Positions 1-12,600 of a DNA stretch of 64,000 nt are shown here, piece after piece. The notes below the pieces were generated by a model. The model was not told where the DNA came from. It worked only from the letters and a program-made list of their open reading frames with translations, and did no database searches. Location: assembly GCA_051294375.1 (NCBI GenBank), contig CM119266.1:16982087-17046086 (forward strand), in the 5' to 3' direction. A program made the position numbers and the translations under genes. The DNA comes from Paraspadella gotoi (taxonomy: Eukaryota > Animalia > Chaetognatha). How positions within the stretch are numbered: position 1 is the first letter of the stretch; each line of letters starts with the position of its first letter.

Positions 1-451
1 TTTAGCTTATTAAATTCAGTATAACATGGGTCTATGATTCTCTTTTCCCAAAGCGCCCAATTTCTGTTCCTTTATCCTAATATATTTAACGTGCATATAT
101 TTTTAATTTTTAACCCTAATCTTAATTATTTAATTTAATTTTGAACTTATTCCTAATTTCTAACCTTAATCCTAATCAAACTTGAGATGAATGGAGCTTG
201 GGAAATTAGGTAAATTTGTGGGTCTTTGATCTCTGATGTGTGTGATTTTTTTTTATAATATCTCACTCTATTTCCAAGCTCTCTTAATACTTATATATTT
301 CTGATTCTCACTTTTAACAATTTCTACTTTAATCACGAAGGAATAAAATTTCGTCCTACTCTTAGACTTAGATAGATATCTCTGATTAGAATTTAGATGC
401 ACAAATCCTTCTTCGAAGATCAGATAGTTCGTGCCTCGGTTGTTTCTTTTT

Positions 452-464
452 GTTGCTAGGTGAC
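452..464 (+). promoter_or_regulatory. Putative RFX X-box upstream of ANKMY1
   Basis: GTTGCTAGGTGAC, an imperfect palindrome resembling the RFX X-box, 150 bp upstream of the predicted ANKMY1 ATG. ANKMY1 is a cilia-associated gene. Confidence 0.4.
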
Positions 465-613
465 CTTCCGCAGTTCTGTCCGAATCCACTATAGTCAAAA
501 CGACAAAAAAAAAAAGAGAAAAAAAATGTTTGATTTTTTAACTCCCGACAATAACGCGAATAATCCTCGATCCTAATTATTTTCCATGACTTAATAGCGA
601 TTAATGGAATGTA

Positions 614-3600
614 ATGGAAAATCCTCTGCCTAGATTGTCGTCAGCAGTTTTTCGGAGAGAAACTGGTGGTGAGTTTGCGAACTAAGGTGCTTTTTATGAT
701 TATGTTAATGTTAAAAAACCTATTTAAACGATTTTAATGGTAAACTGAAGTTTTCCAAATTGTTGGGTAACAAATAATTACATTATGCTTATCAAAAATT
801 GATTTCGAGACATAAGTTCTAGCGAGAGTTGGGCAGCGGCTTGGACTACTAGCTTTAAATTTATCATTTTCCACAACAGGAGTTCCGAGGATCGAAGAAG
901 TTGTTAAGGAATACAAAAGTGGCGCAAAATTTCAGGTTTTACGTTGTTCCTTATTTACTATATAGTTTACTATTTTTCTCTCTCCAGCACCATCGACCAC
1001 TTGATGTGTCCGGGCATCGGTCTCTTTTTCTTGGCCTCAATGGTTTTCTTCAGTCAAGCCCCAGCCACGTAGCCACGTAGACTTTTTGGCTCTCTTTTCC
1101 AAAAGCGCCAATTTCGGTTGCTTAATCCTTGATAACCTTAATATTTAACCCTAATCTATTACAGATAACAGTGCCTCTTTAATGTGCCATACAGACAGGA
1201 GATCCACAGCCCGTTATTTTTTAGCTTTAAATCTTCGGATCTGACAGCAATCCGACGCGACTAGGGTTAGATGTACGGTCCCGCTTTCTAGCGATAACAC
1301 CATTGGGGCACATAAGACATAACACTCAAGGCAGCTTGGTGGGAAGAAAGAATGGTCCCTCAGACGTTACGGAGTTCCCCATTTAAAAAATATTTTTCAT
1401 GATTAATAGGAAATAGTAATAATTTTTTTTTTAAATCCTTTCTCATAATACTAATATTAAGACAAATATTTTTATATTTTTATATTTTTATCAATACTAA
1501 TATTACAAAAGTTACAAAAGTTTTTAAACTTGTCCCGCCTAAATAGCTCAGTCTGAATTCTTTGTTTATTTTCAAAAAAAATTTTCGCATTTTACGCCAG
1601 GGTTTAATCAGCGCCAATAAAAAGACCGGAAGAGGGTTCTTCGTTTGGCCAGACGGCGCCACCTACGAGGGAGAATACTCTGAGGACGTACGAAGCGGCA
1701 AGGGTGTTCAAGTAACTAAAACGTTGCCGAAGGGGGCAAAATGGTGACATAACTTACTCAACAATGATTAATAAGAAAATCGTGTCACTTTCAGAAATGG
1801 AGGGACGGTAGTCAGTACGAGGGAGAGTTCACGAAAGACGCTCGTCATGGTATCGGGGATCACAGATGGAGTAACGGCGAAGAATACGCCGGGACCTTCT
1901 ACAAGGTGGTTTTATTGATTTTATTCATTTATTCACAAGTGGTTGTGGGACGAAATAATGTTTTTTTCCTCTTATTCTCGTTCCCGTCTTTAGGACAAAC
2001 GTCACGGTAGTGGACGTTACGAATGGCCAAACGGAATTGTGTACAGCGGTAACTTTTCATTCGATCAAAAAGAAGGATACGGATCGTTTAACTTCAACGA
2101 CGGAACCGTTTTTCGAGGCGAGCGCTTTAAAAATAAATAATACAATTAAATAACAATTTCAGACTAATTTCATAATCTATATGACAAATTTCATTGAATT
2201 TGGAATAAAGTTCGATTTTTTTATAAATAATTTAATCGTTTTCTGTCTAGTACAATGTTGAATTGGTACAAAAATAATTAACTAACGTTGACAAGTCTCA
2301 GGTTCCAAACTAAGTAAGGGGAAAAATAAATATGTAAACAATTTTTAAATTATTCTCATGTGGTCAAAAAAAGGGTTTATGAAGTACTGTGTTTTTGAAA
2401 AAAATAAATATAAATAAAACGAGTAACACCAAAAGGAATCTCTGCGACGAATTTTTTTATTAAAATTCAAGCAGAAACTGCTTATTATTCAAGAGCAGAT
2501 GCTAGTGTAGATTAGTAGGTGTAGATAAAATATATTTTGAATGTTTCTTTGAGTGCTATTTTATTTTTGCAGAAAGTTCAATTGTTAGTAGAGCCCTCTG
2601 TCTGATGAAAAAAATTAATATGAATGGTTAAATTGGGTTTAAACATGCAAACAATTTTTATTTAGTGAAGGATACAAAATAAGAGAAAAAAAATGCATTA
2701 TCTCGCCCAAGCTGGTGATATAAAACAATTGCAAAAAAAGCATCTGCGGTACAAGCGTACCAGTTTTTATGATGTTTGTTATATTTGTTTTCTACAGTAA
2801 GAACGTCCTCATGGAGTTTTCCAATTAAAGAAAATAGTCAAATTTCAATCATAGTCAGTCGTAGTTGCTACAGTCGTTTTAAAAATTACCCATTCATTTA
2901 ATAAGTAAGGCATCTTGCCTCCATCAAGAAAATGCCATTGAAAATCCCTGCAAGCGTCCAAATTAAATATATACAATTTATACACATTTTGAGTAATAAA
3001 ACAATGCTGAACAAAAAGTAAATTACATTTGAAATGATCCCATCACCCCTGGTTAAGTTTCCCGCATGCTTCACTGGAGACGACGAGCAACGTGCTTGGG
3101 TGGGCGAATGCGGTGCCCCTTCGGTTCTGGGCTTCGCAAGTGTAAAGGCCTTCGTCGTCGGAACGCGCCCCCTCGATTGATATACGGCCAGTTCCGTCCC
3201 TTGCGGCCCAGACTTGGCACCTCGCCGGATCCGATGCCGCACACGTGTGACCCCAGTCGCGTCGCCAGGAGACAATTGGAGTCGGGAAGCCGACGGCGGC
3301 GCATTCAATCTCCGCCGTTGCGCCGGGGCAGACCATCAAGCGGGCCGGCGGCGCTCGCACGATCTTTGGTGGACTCGCGCCTCGCTCGTCGGATTGATCC
3401 GCGCAGTCGGACTCACCATCGGCCACGAACGAGTTGGGGATGCAGCCCCCGGAGACACATTCCCACTCGGACACGTCACAACGAGAGGGCGGAGAAAATG
3501 AATCATAGTTGAGTGAGTTTTCGGCGGCGTCGTTGGCGATGCCCGGCTCGAACGCCGCCGTGCAGCGCCATTCGTCCCAGGAGTCGGAACAGTCTTTGTC

Positions 3601-6600
3601 GCCGTCACAACGCCAGAAATTCTTCACGCATTCTCCCGTAGGGCATCTCAATTGGTTGGGTTGGCAGTCGAGACTGACTCCTCCATCGTTGTTGACGCAG
3701 TGTTCCTCGTCAGATTCGTCGGGACAATCGAACCTTCGGTCGCATACAGCCGCCGCCGGAACGCAGTCGCCGGACCCGCAAATGAATTGGGTCGGAGAAC
3801 AGGTGATCGGCGGCGGTTCCACAACGTCGAGAGTCGCGATCGCGGAGCCAGGGTGGTCATTCGAAGATCCGACTAGCGTACAGACGTAAGCTCCGGAGTC
3901 GCTCGACGCTGTTTTTTTTATCGTCAAGACCCCATTCCCGTCGTCAGTGGCCGATGCGGGCATAGATGAGTTTCCTTGACGCTGCCAGAGAACGACGGGT
4001 GCCGCTCGTCCCACATGGCCGGAAGAATCGTTAAGCGTCGCATAGCAACGGAATACGGCAGTGACGCCGACGCCGACAACGCTGGATTGGGGAAAGACTT
4101 CGATTTTAAAAGTGTCTTCGGCAATCCCGACACCGCAGCGCGTCGTCGATTCGTCAGAGCCGTCAACGCAGTCGCGTAGACCGTCGCACAGTCGTCCCTT
4201 GACGCAGCCGCCGCTCCAGCAGCTAATCTTTTCGGCGTCGCAATCCTGAATCGAAGCTGGATGAGGTTGGGGTCCTGACTCCCCTTGATCAAACGAAGCC
4301 CCTTGGCGACGGCCCGTTCCGCCGATGGCTTTGTCATCGTCTTCGACTTTCAATTCTGTCGTATTCTCCGTTTTGTCGTTTTCATGACCTCGAGATTCAT
4401 CATTTGCCTCCTTTACCAATACAATCGAAGCGGCCGGAACTTCCGCGGAGTCAGTCATCGGTTTCTTGTCGTCGTTTTTTCCTTCTACGCCGTCGACCAA
4501 CAATCGAGTTTCATTTTTGTTCTCAATTTCTTCGCCTGAAAAATTTTGCAACGTTTGTCTCCTCCCTTCTTTTTGTTTTCTCTCGTTTCTTTTCCCTCTT
4601 TCTTTATCGCTTTTTCTTTCTTCACTCTTTCCACCGTTATTCCTTTTTACTTTTTCATTTTTCTCTGCGTCGCGTCTGGCGTCATTTCTTCGCCCGTCTT
4701 TTGTTTTTTTTTCATCCGTATTTTCATTTTGTTTTTCCGATCCGCGGGCTCTAATTGATTCATTAGTGGTTTTAACATCCATTTTTTCATCGACTATCTT
4801 ACGATTTTCGTTACTCTTTTTTCCTTTCTTGTTCTTTTTGTTTTGTTCTTCCTCTTTCCTTTCATCCGACTTAAAATTTGTCTCTCTTTCTTCATCTTTA
4901 GAAACTTTTTTTATTTTCTCCTTTTCTTCTCCTTTAAATTTTTTTCTCTTATCTCTATCCTCAACTTTGATTGGGGAAGTTTTTTGTGTCTTCTGTGATC
5001 TTGTGAGAAAAGTGAGGACGACATCTGTAGCTCCGACCCCGTTGATGGCGCTCAACGCCGCTTTGTAACGTGTCGAAGATTTCAAGCCCTGAAATAGTCA
5101 AATTTAAATTTTTTGGGGTTTCTTGATTCATATAGGATGTATTTATTACTTACTTAACATCTGATATTTTTTAATGTTTTTAAAAGTCAACATCTAAAAA
5201 TATGTTTCACTCTTTTATAACTTGTTTGGCAATTATGGGGTGTTGCGCAAGAGTGATTATTTGATTATATTGGTATAAAAAATATGTATAAGCATCTTAT
5301 GGTTTATGTAATAGAGTAGATTTTGTATTACAAGGATTAACGAAAAGAATCAAGTATTAAAAGAACTTTACCGCATTAACTTTCTGATTTATTGGGTCAT
5401 TAAAATAAAACGTTTAAAATACAAAATTCATAATTATATTTAAAATAATATATCATATTTTTACAAATTAATATGTATGTTTTTATTAATATATTTTACT
5501 GGTCAGTTTATTTTATATATATAAAAATATATAAAATAATGGATAGATTTATATGATTTCAAAATTTCGAAAACTCGACCAAGGGACAGAACGATCAAAC
5601 GATCGAACGACTAACTGAGTAGCTCCTCCTGAGCACTGAGCGACTAAAACTTCGGAGAAATACGACTGGTAACCAATTTTTTTTTTTTTTTACTATTAAT
5701 AATCTGTACCAATTTAACCAGTGTTATCAGTTTGGCGCTCTTCTCACCTTGATGAGAAAAGTTTCCGCGTCTGCAGAGAGAAACGCGTGACTCCACTCCT
5801 CCTCTTCCTCGTCCACCCTCCACCTAAGGTTAAACCCTTGAACGGCCGCCCTTTCTCTGACGTGCCACTCGAGAAGATATTTGTTCGCCCAGGAGGATCT
5901 CTTCCCGGAAACAATTTCGGGTTTTTCTGGAAGGACGCAACCGAACTCGTCGCTGGCGTCGAAGCAATCGGGTCGTCCGTCGCAAGCGTGCCCGGCGTCG
6001 TCGATGCATTGGTTGTCGTCGCAAACGAACCCAGGGCAATCGGCCCTAGACTTAGTCGGCGTCGGCGTCGTTTCCCGGCGCGCTGATCTGGCCACGCAGT
6101 CAAACTCGTCCGTACCATCGGAGCAATCGCTGAAGCCATCGCAACGCCGCGAGGTTTGGAAACAGTCGCCGGCGAAGCAGACAGCTCGGCCGGCGCCGCA
6201 ACCGACTCGGTCCGCCGGCATCGATGGATTCATGGCGCGAAACTCGGAGTCTTCCTGCGTCACCTCGAACTCTCCGATGCGGCCGGTCAGGATCCCCTCG
6301 TAAAGAGTCTCCTGAAGGCTGGCTTGGTTGTAATACCCAACAGAGCCTAAATCCATGACCACTTTCGTTGCCATCGGTGACCGACTCGCAGAAAACTTGA
6401 GGACGATGACGACCTGGTGGCCTTTCGTGAATTCAAAAAGTCGCGCCACCGAATGCTGGATTCGAGCGGCCAAGCGTCGGAATCGACGGCCGTTTCGGTC
6501 GGCAAGCGACGCGTCGTAGCGAAAATCGCGGAAGGCGAGGGCGAAGCGAAAGTATGCTGGGTAAACGTCAGAGGGAGCGACAACGTTTTTAACCGGAATG

Positions 6601-9600
6601 TCGCCCGCCCCGGACGAGGAATCGGCTTCGAGAATATCTTCGTCGTCCGTCATGTCGTGATGGACAGGGTCGTTCGACGAAGACGCGTTGAAACCAAAAT
6701 AACGAGGCAGAGATCGGTTGGACGAAAACTGAGAAAAGAGAATTAGCAGGAGAAAGAACTCGTATCGAAACATTTTGAGTTTTTAAGGAGTTAATGCTTT
6801 AGCGCTCGTTATTTTTTTTTTTGTTTTGACTGAATGACTCGCTCGGACCCTTCGGCGATCCTTTCGAAGGGGGAACGGGGATCGTAAAGGTGCCTGATGG
6901 TCGAACAAGGGGCGGTAAACCAGATGCCCAACGAGCCAATCCGTGACTGATTAGTGACCCGTGAAACGCCCCTTGGCCTTCGCTGACCCTTTGGGGCCTA
7001 ACATCCCAGTAACACCACCACTCCTCGATCCTTCGGAGAGAGGATAAGGGGGGATTTGATATCCGGTGAAATCCAATACCATGCTCTCTCTTACACGGAA
7101 AATCTTCATCCGACTTCTCTCTTTGGCCACGTTTTCCCGGCGAACAATTTTTCACCCTTTCATCTTTTTTCCCCACCTGTACCCTTAAAACGTAGCTTAT
7201 TCTTGTCACTAAATTTTCATGTACAGAAAATCTAATTTAAAGTTAAAATCTAAACTTATTTAAAGTTACTAAAAAAATTTGGTATGTATCTGGAAGAAAA
7301 AAAATAAAGGAAAAAGAAGAAAAAAGAAATAACAAAATACGTAAATGAAAAGTATAATATATAAAGAATTACGAAAGAAATCTCGTTGCTCTAGTAATTA
7401 GTAAATATTAAGGATACTAAACTGTCCATGCCCAGCTATCCCTTCAAAATAAAGTGCAACATAAAACTTCAGAAGATGAAAAGCGAATAGAAGGAACCAA
7501 GTTTTCTTCTCTTTAATTTAAAGAAAAGTTTAAACTTTTTTGAAAAAGTTTTAAAACATATCAGCTACCCAATGGGAGTCCCATTTTTTATAAAAATCAT
7601 CCCAAACTTAAATTTTAAGGCGGATATAACGTAGAACGTTTTTTTTACGTAACTGAAGTGGGTCAATCTGATCACGATTTTCGATTTATCTAATAGCAAA
7701 TCCCTCTTTTAGGTTTGTACAAGAAGAACGAGAGACTGGGCCCCGGGGTTCTGACACAACCTAGCGGGAATGCACCGACTCCGAAACAGGACGTGGGGTT
7801 GTGGCAAGTGAGTGAAGCATTGTGAAGAAAAAAAATGACATGCCTCTTAAGATATCATTTGTCAATGGTCGTATCAAATATATGGTAAATCATATAAAAA
7901 AAAAATAAAGATAGTGATAAACGTTAAATTTTAAAAAAAATTATAATCAAAATATTTCCAATGCGAACTTCCTTTGCTCCGGAGCAGGGAGAGCGTTTGA
8001 TCAAGCTCTGCGCGACCCTCGCGGCGACATTCAGCCTCAAATTTGTCGAAGGCTATCAAAACTTCGATTTTTCCTCGACCACGGTTTACGTCGATATGTC
8101 GGTCGTCGACCAAGACGACGAATACGACGTCGATTTCGTCGACATCTGCAAAAATTGCGGCATTTCTTTGATCAGGTCGTTTGGAGTGATATGGATGTTA
8201 ATAGATGCAGAGGACATGGTGGAAAGTGTTAATGATTATTGTTCTTTTTATTTAAATTTCTTGTTTTCCTTCGAGATTTTCCTACTCAAAGACGCTTTGA
8301 TTTCAAAGTGAGATCATAATGGCATAATATATATTGTATGATTTAAATTTTATTTTTTTAATGTTCATATGATTCGTTCAACCCCTTTAATTGTGCTAAT
8401 CCTTCTTTTTCCAATTGTTTTTTTCATAATAATATAAAATAACATTATATTAATATTCAAACTATCGTTATAAACTATATATTAATTAAAATAAAATATA
8501 TAAATTCACATGCTTACACTTCAATGCACATACATTTTGCGTCCAAACACGTCATAATTATTAATATATATAATTTAGAGCGTAAATAAAATTTATAAAA
8601 TTAATTACGTTACGAGTTGCAATCAATCAATCAATCACTTTGTGATTTTGATTAAATTAGAATTAATCACTTTACCTTGAAATTTATATTCTATCAAATC
8701 AATCACAAGTCGTAATAATACATTAAATTAATCATTTTGATGTAATTTTATCCTATTTTATTTAATTAATTAATTAATAAATTTTATAATTAACAGCCAG
8801 GCGGTCACCAAATAACGAATGACTTGCCCGCGGGTTCAANNNNNNNNNNNNNNNNNNNNNNNNNGTATTTCGGCGGACGTCGTTGCGATGCCCGGCTCGA
8901 ACGCCGCCGTGCAGCGCCATTCGTCCCAGGAGTCGGAACAGTCTTTGTGCGGTCACAACGCCAAAAATTCTTCACGCATTCTCCCGTAGGGCATCTCAAT
9001 TGGTTGGGTTGGCAGTCGAGACTGACTCCTCCATCGTTGTTGGACGGCAGTGTTCCTCGTCAGATTCGTGCGGGACAATCGAACCTTCGGTCGCATACAG
9101 CCGCCGCCGGAACGCAGTCGCCGGACCCGCAAATGAATTGGGTCGGAGACAGGTGATGGCGGGCGCGGTTCACAACGTCGAGAAGTCGCGCGATCGCGGA
9201 GCCAGGGTGGTCATTCGCGAAGATCCGACTAGCGTACAGACGTAGGCTCGGAGGTCGCTCGACGCTGTTTTTTTTATCGGTCAAGCACCCATTCCGTCGT
9301 CAAGTGGCGCATGCGGGCATAGATGAGTTTCCCTTGACGCTGCCAGAGAACGACGGTGCCGCTCGTCCACATGGCCGGAAAGAATCGTTAAGCGTCGCAT
9401 AGCAACGGAATACGGCAGTGACGCCGACGCCGACAACGCTGGATTGGGAAAGATGTCGATTTTAAAAGTGTCTTCGACAATCCCGACACCGCAGCGCGTC
9501 GTCGATTCGTCAGAGCCGTCAACGCAGTCGCGTAGACCGTCGGCACAGTTCTCCTTGACGCAGCCGCGCTCCACAGCTAATCTTTTCGCGTCGCAATCCT

Positions 9601-12600
9601 GAATCGAAGCTGGATGAGGTTGGGGTCCTGACTCCCCTTGATCAAACGAAGCCCCTTGGCGACGGCCCGTTCCGCCGATGGCTTTGTCATCGTCTTCGAC
9701 TTTCAATTCTGTCGTATTCTCCGTTTTGTCGTTTTTCATGACCTCGAGATTCATCATTGCCCTCTTTACCAATACAATCGAGCGGCCCGGAACTTCGCGG
9801 AGTCAGTCATCGGTTTCTTGTCGTCGTTTTTTCCTTCTACGCCGTCGACCAACAATCGAGTTTCATTTTTGTTCTCAATTTCTTCGCCTGAAAAATTTTG
9901 CAACGTTTGTCTCCTCCCTTCTTTTTTTGTTTTCTCTCGTTTCTTTCCCTCTTTCTTTATCGGCTTTTTCTTTCTTCACTCTTTCCACCGTTATTCCTTT
10001 TTACTTTTTCATTTTTCTCTGCGTCGCGTCTGGCGTCATTTCTTCGCCCGTCTTTTGTTTTTTTTATCTATTTTCATTTTTGTTTTTCCGATTCGCGGGC
10101 TCTAATTGATTCATTAGTGTTTTAAGCATCCATTTTTTCATCGACTATCTTAGATTTTCGTGTACTTCTTTTTTCCTTTCTTGTTCTTTTTGTTTTGTTC
10201 TTCCTCTTTCCTTTCATCCGACTTAAAAATTTGTCTCTCTTTCTTCATCTTTAGAAACTTTTTTTATTTTTCTCCTTTTCTTCTTCTTTAAATTTTTTTC
10301 TCTTATCTCTATCCTCACATTTGATTGGGGAAGTTTTTTTGTGTCTTCTGTGATCTTGTGAGAAAAGTGAGGACGACATCTGTAGCTCCGACCCGTTGAT
10401 GGCGCTCAACGCCGCTTTGTAAACGTGTCGAAGATTTCAAGCCCTGAATAGTCAAATTTAAATTTTTTGGGTTCTTGATTATATAGGATGTATTTATTAT
10501 TACTTAATATTGATATTTTTTTAATGTTTCTTAAAAGTTCAACATCTAAAAATATGTTTCACTCTTTTATAAGATTGTTTGGAATTAGTGGGGTGTTGCG
10601 CAAGAGTGATTTATTTTGATTATATTGGTATAAAAATATGTATAAGCATCTTATGGTTTATGTAATAGAGTAGATTTTGTATTACAGGTTAACGAAAGAT
10701 CAAGTATTAAGAACTTTAACGCTTAACTTTTCGATTTATTGGTCATTAAATAGTTTAATACAAAATTATTATATAATAGTATCATTGCATTTATGTTGTT
10801 TTATTAATATATTTTACTGGTCAGTTTATTTTATATATATAAAATATATAAAATAATGGATAGATTTATATGTTTCAAAATTTGAAAACTCGACCAAGGG
10901 ACAGAACGATCAAACGATCGAACGACTAACTGAGTAGCTCCTCCTGAGCACTGAGCGACTAAAACTTCGGAGAAATCCGACTGGTAACCAATTTTTTTTT
11001 TTTTACTATTAATAATCTGTACCAATTTAACCAGAGTTATCAGTTTGGCGCTCCTCTCACCTTGATGAAAAAGTTTCCGCGTCTGGCAGAGAGAAACGCG
11101 TGACTCCAACTCCTCCTCTTCCTCGTCACCCTTCCACCTAAGGTTAAACCCTTGAACGGCCGCCCTTCTCTGACGTGCCACTCGAGAAGATATTTGTTCG
11201 CCCAGGAGGATCTCTTCCCGGAAACAATTTCGGGTTTTCTGGAAGGACGCAACCGAACTCGTCGCTGGCGTCGAAGCAATCGGGTCGTCCGTCGCAAGCG
11301 TGCCCGGCGTCGTCGATGCATTGGTTGTCGTCGCAAACCGAACCCAGGGCAATCGGCCCTAGACTTAGTCGGCGTCGCGTCGTTTCCCGCGCGCTGATCT
11401 GGCCACGCAGTCAAACTGCGTCCGTACCATCGGAGCAATCGCTGAAGCCATCGCGCACGCCGCGAGGTTTGGAAACAGTGCGCGGCGAAGCAGACAGCTC
11501 GCCGGCGCCGCACCGACTCGGTCCGCCGGCATCGATGATTCATGGCGCGAAATCGGAGTCTTCCTGCGTCACCTCGAACTCTCCGATGCGGCCGGTCAGG
11601 ATCCCCTCGTAAAGAGTCTCCTGAAGGCTGGCTTGGTTGTAATACCAACAGAGCCTAAATCCATGACCACTTTCGTTGCCATCGGTGACCGACTCGCAGA
11701 AAACCTTGAGGACGATGACGACCTGGTGGCCTTTCGTGAATTCAAAAGTCGCGCCACCGAATGCTGGATTCGAGCGCCAAGCGTCGGAATCGACGGCCGT
11801 TTCGGTCGGCAAGCGGACGCGTCGTAGCGAAAATCGCGGAAGGCGAGGCGAAGCGAAAGTATGCTGGGTAAACGTCAGAGGGAGCGACAACGTTTTTAAC
11901 CGGAATGTCGCCGCCCCGGACGAGGAATCGGCTTCGAGAATATCTTCGTCGTCCGTCATGTCGTGATGGACAGGGTCGTTCGACGAAGACGCGTTGAAAC
12001 CAAAATAACGAGGCAGAGATCGGTTGGACGAAAAACTGAGAAAAGAGAATTAGCAGGAGAAAGAACTCGTATCGAAACATTTTGAGTTTTTAAGGAGTTA
12101 ATGCTTTAGCGCTCGTTATTTTTTTTTTGTTTTGACTGAATGACTCGCTCGGACCTTCGGCGATCTTTCGAAGGGGAACGGGATCGTAAAGGTGCCTGAT
12201 GGTCGAACAAGGGGCGTAAACCAGATGCCCAACGACCAATCCGTGACTGATTAGTGACCCGTGAAACGCCCCTTGGCCTTCGCTGACCCTTTGGGGCCTA
12301 CATCCAGTAAACACCGCAACTCCTCGATCCTTCGGAGAGAGGATAAGGGGGGATTTGATATCCGGTGAAATCCAATACATGCTCTTCTTACACGGAAAAT
12401 CTTCATCCGACTTCTCTCTTTGGCCACGTTTTCCCGGCGAACAATTTTTCTCCCTTTCATCTTTTTTTTCCCCACCTGTACCCTTAAACGTACCTTATTC
12501 TTGTCACTCAATTTTCATGTACAGAAAGCCTAATTTAAAGTTAAAATATAAACTTATTTAAAGTTACTAAAAAATTTTGGTATGTATCTGGAGAAAAAAA

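Noticed and set aside
268-498. Divergent gene upstream of ANKMY1
   Set aside because: Short ORF without an ATG start, a recognisable motif or convincing splice sites.
3066-6746. Many overlapping ORFs on the + strand and in alternative frames
   Set aside because: Shadow ORFs of a GC-rich or low-complexity coding region; no domains or splice logic.
6895-6976. Hammerhead ribozyme (CTGATTA...GAAAC with a 9-bp stem III)
   Set aside because: The core deviates from CUGANGA, and stems I and II do not pair.
8865-12080. A real paralogue or pseudogene of the perlecan-like gene
   Set aside because: Indel-dominated differences, start at a 25-N gap and co-duplication of host exons point to an assembly artefact.
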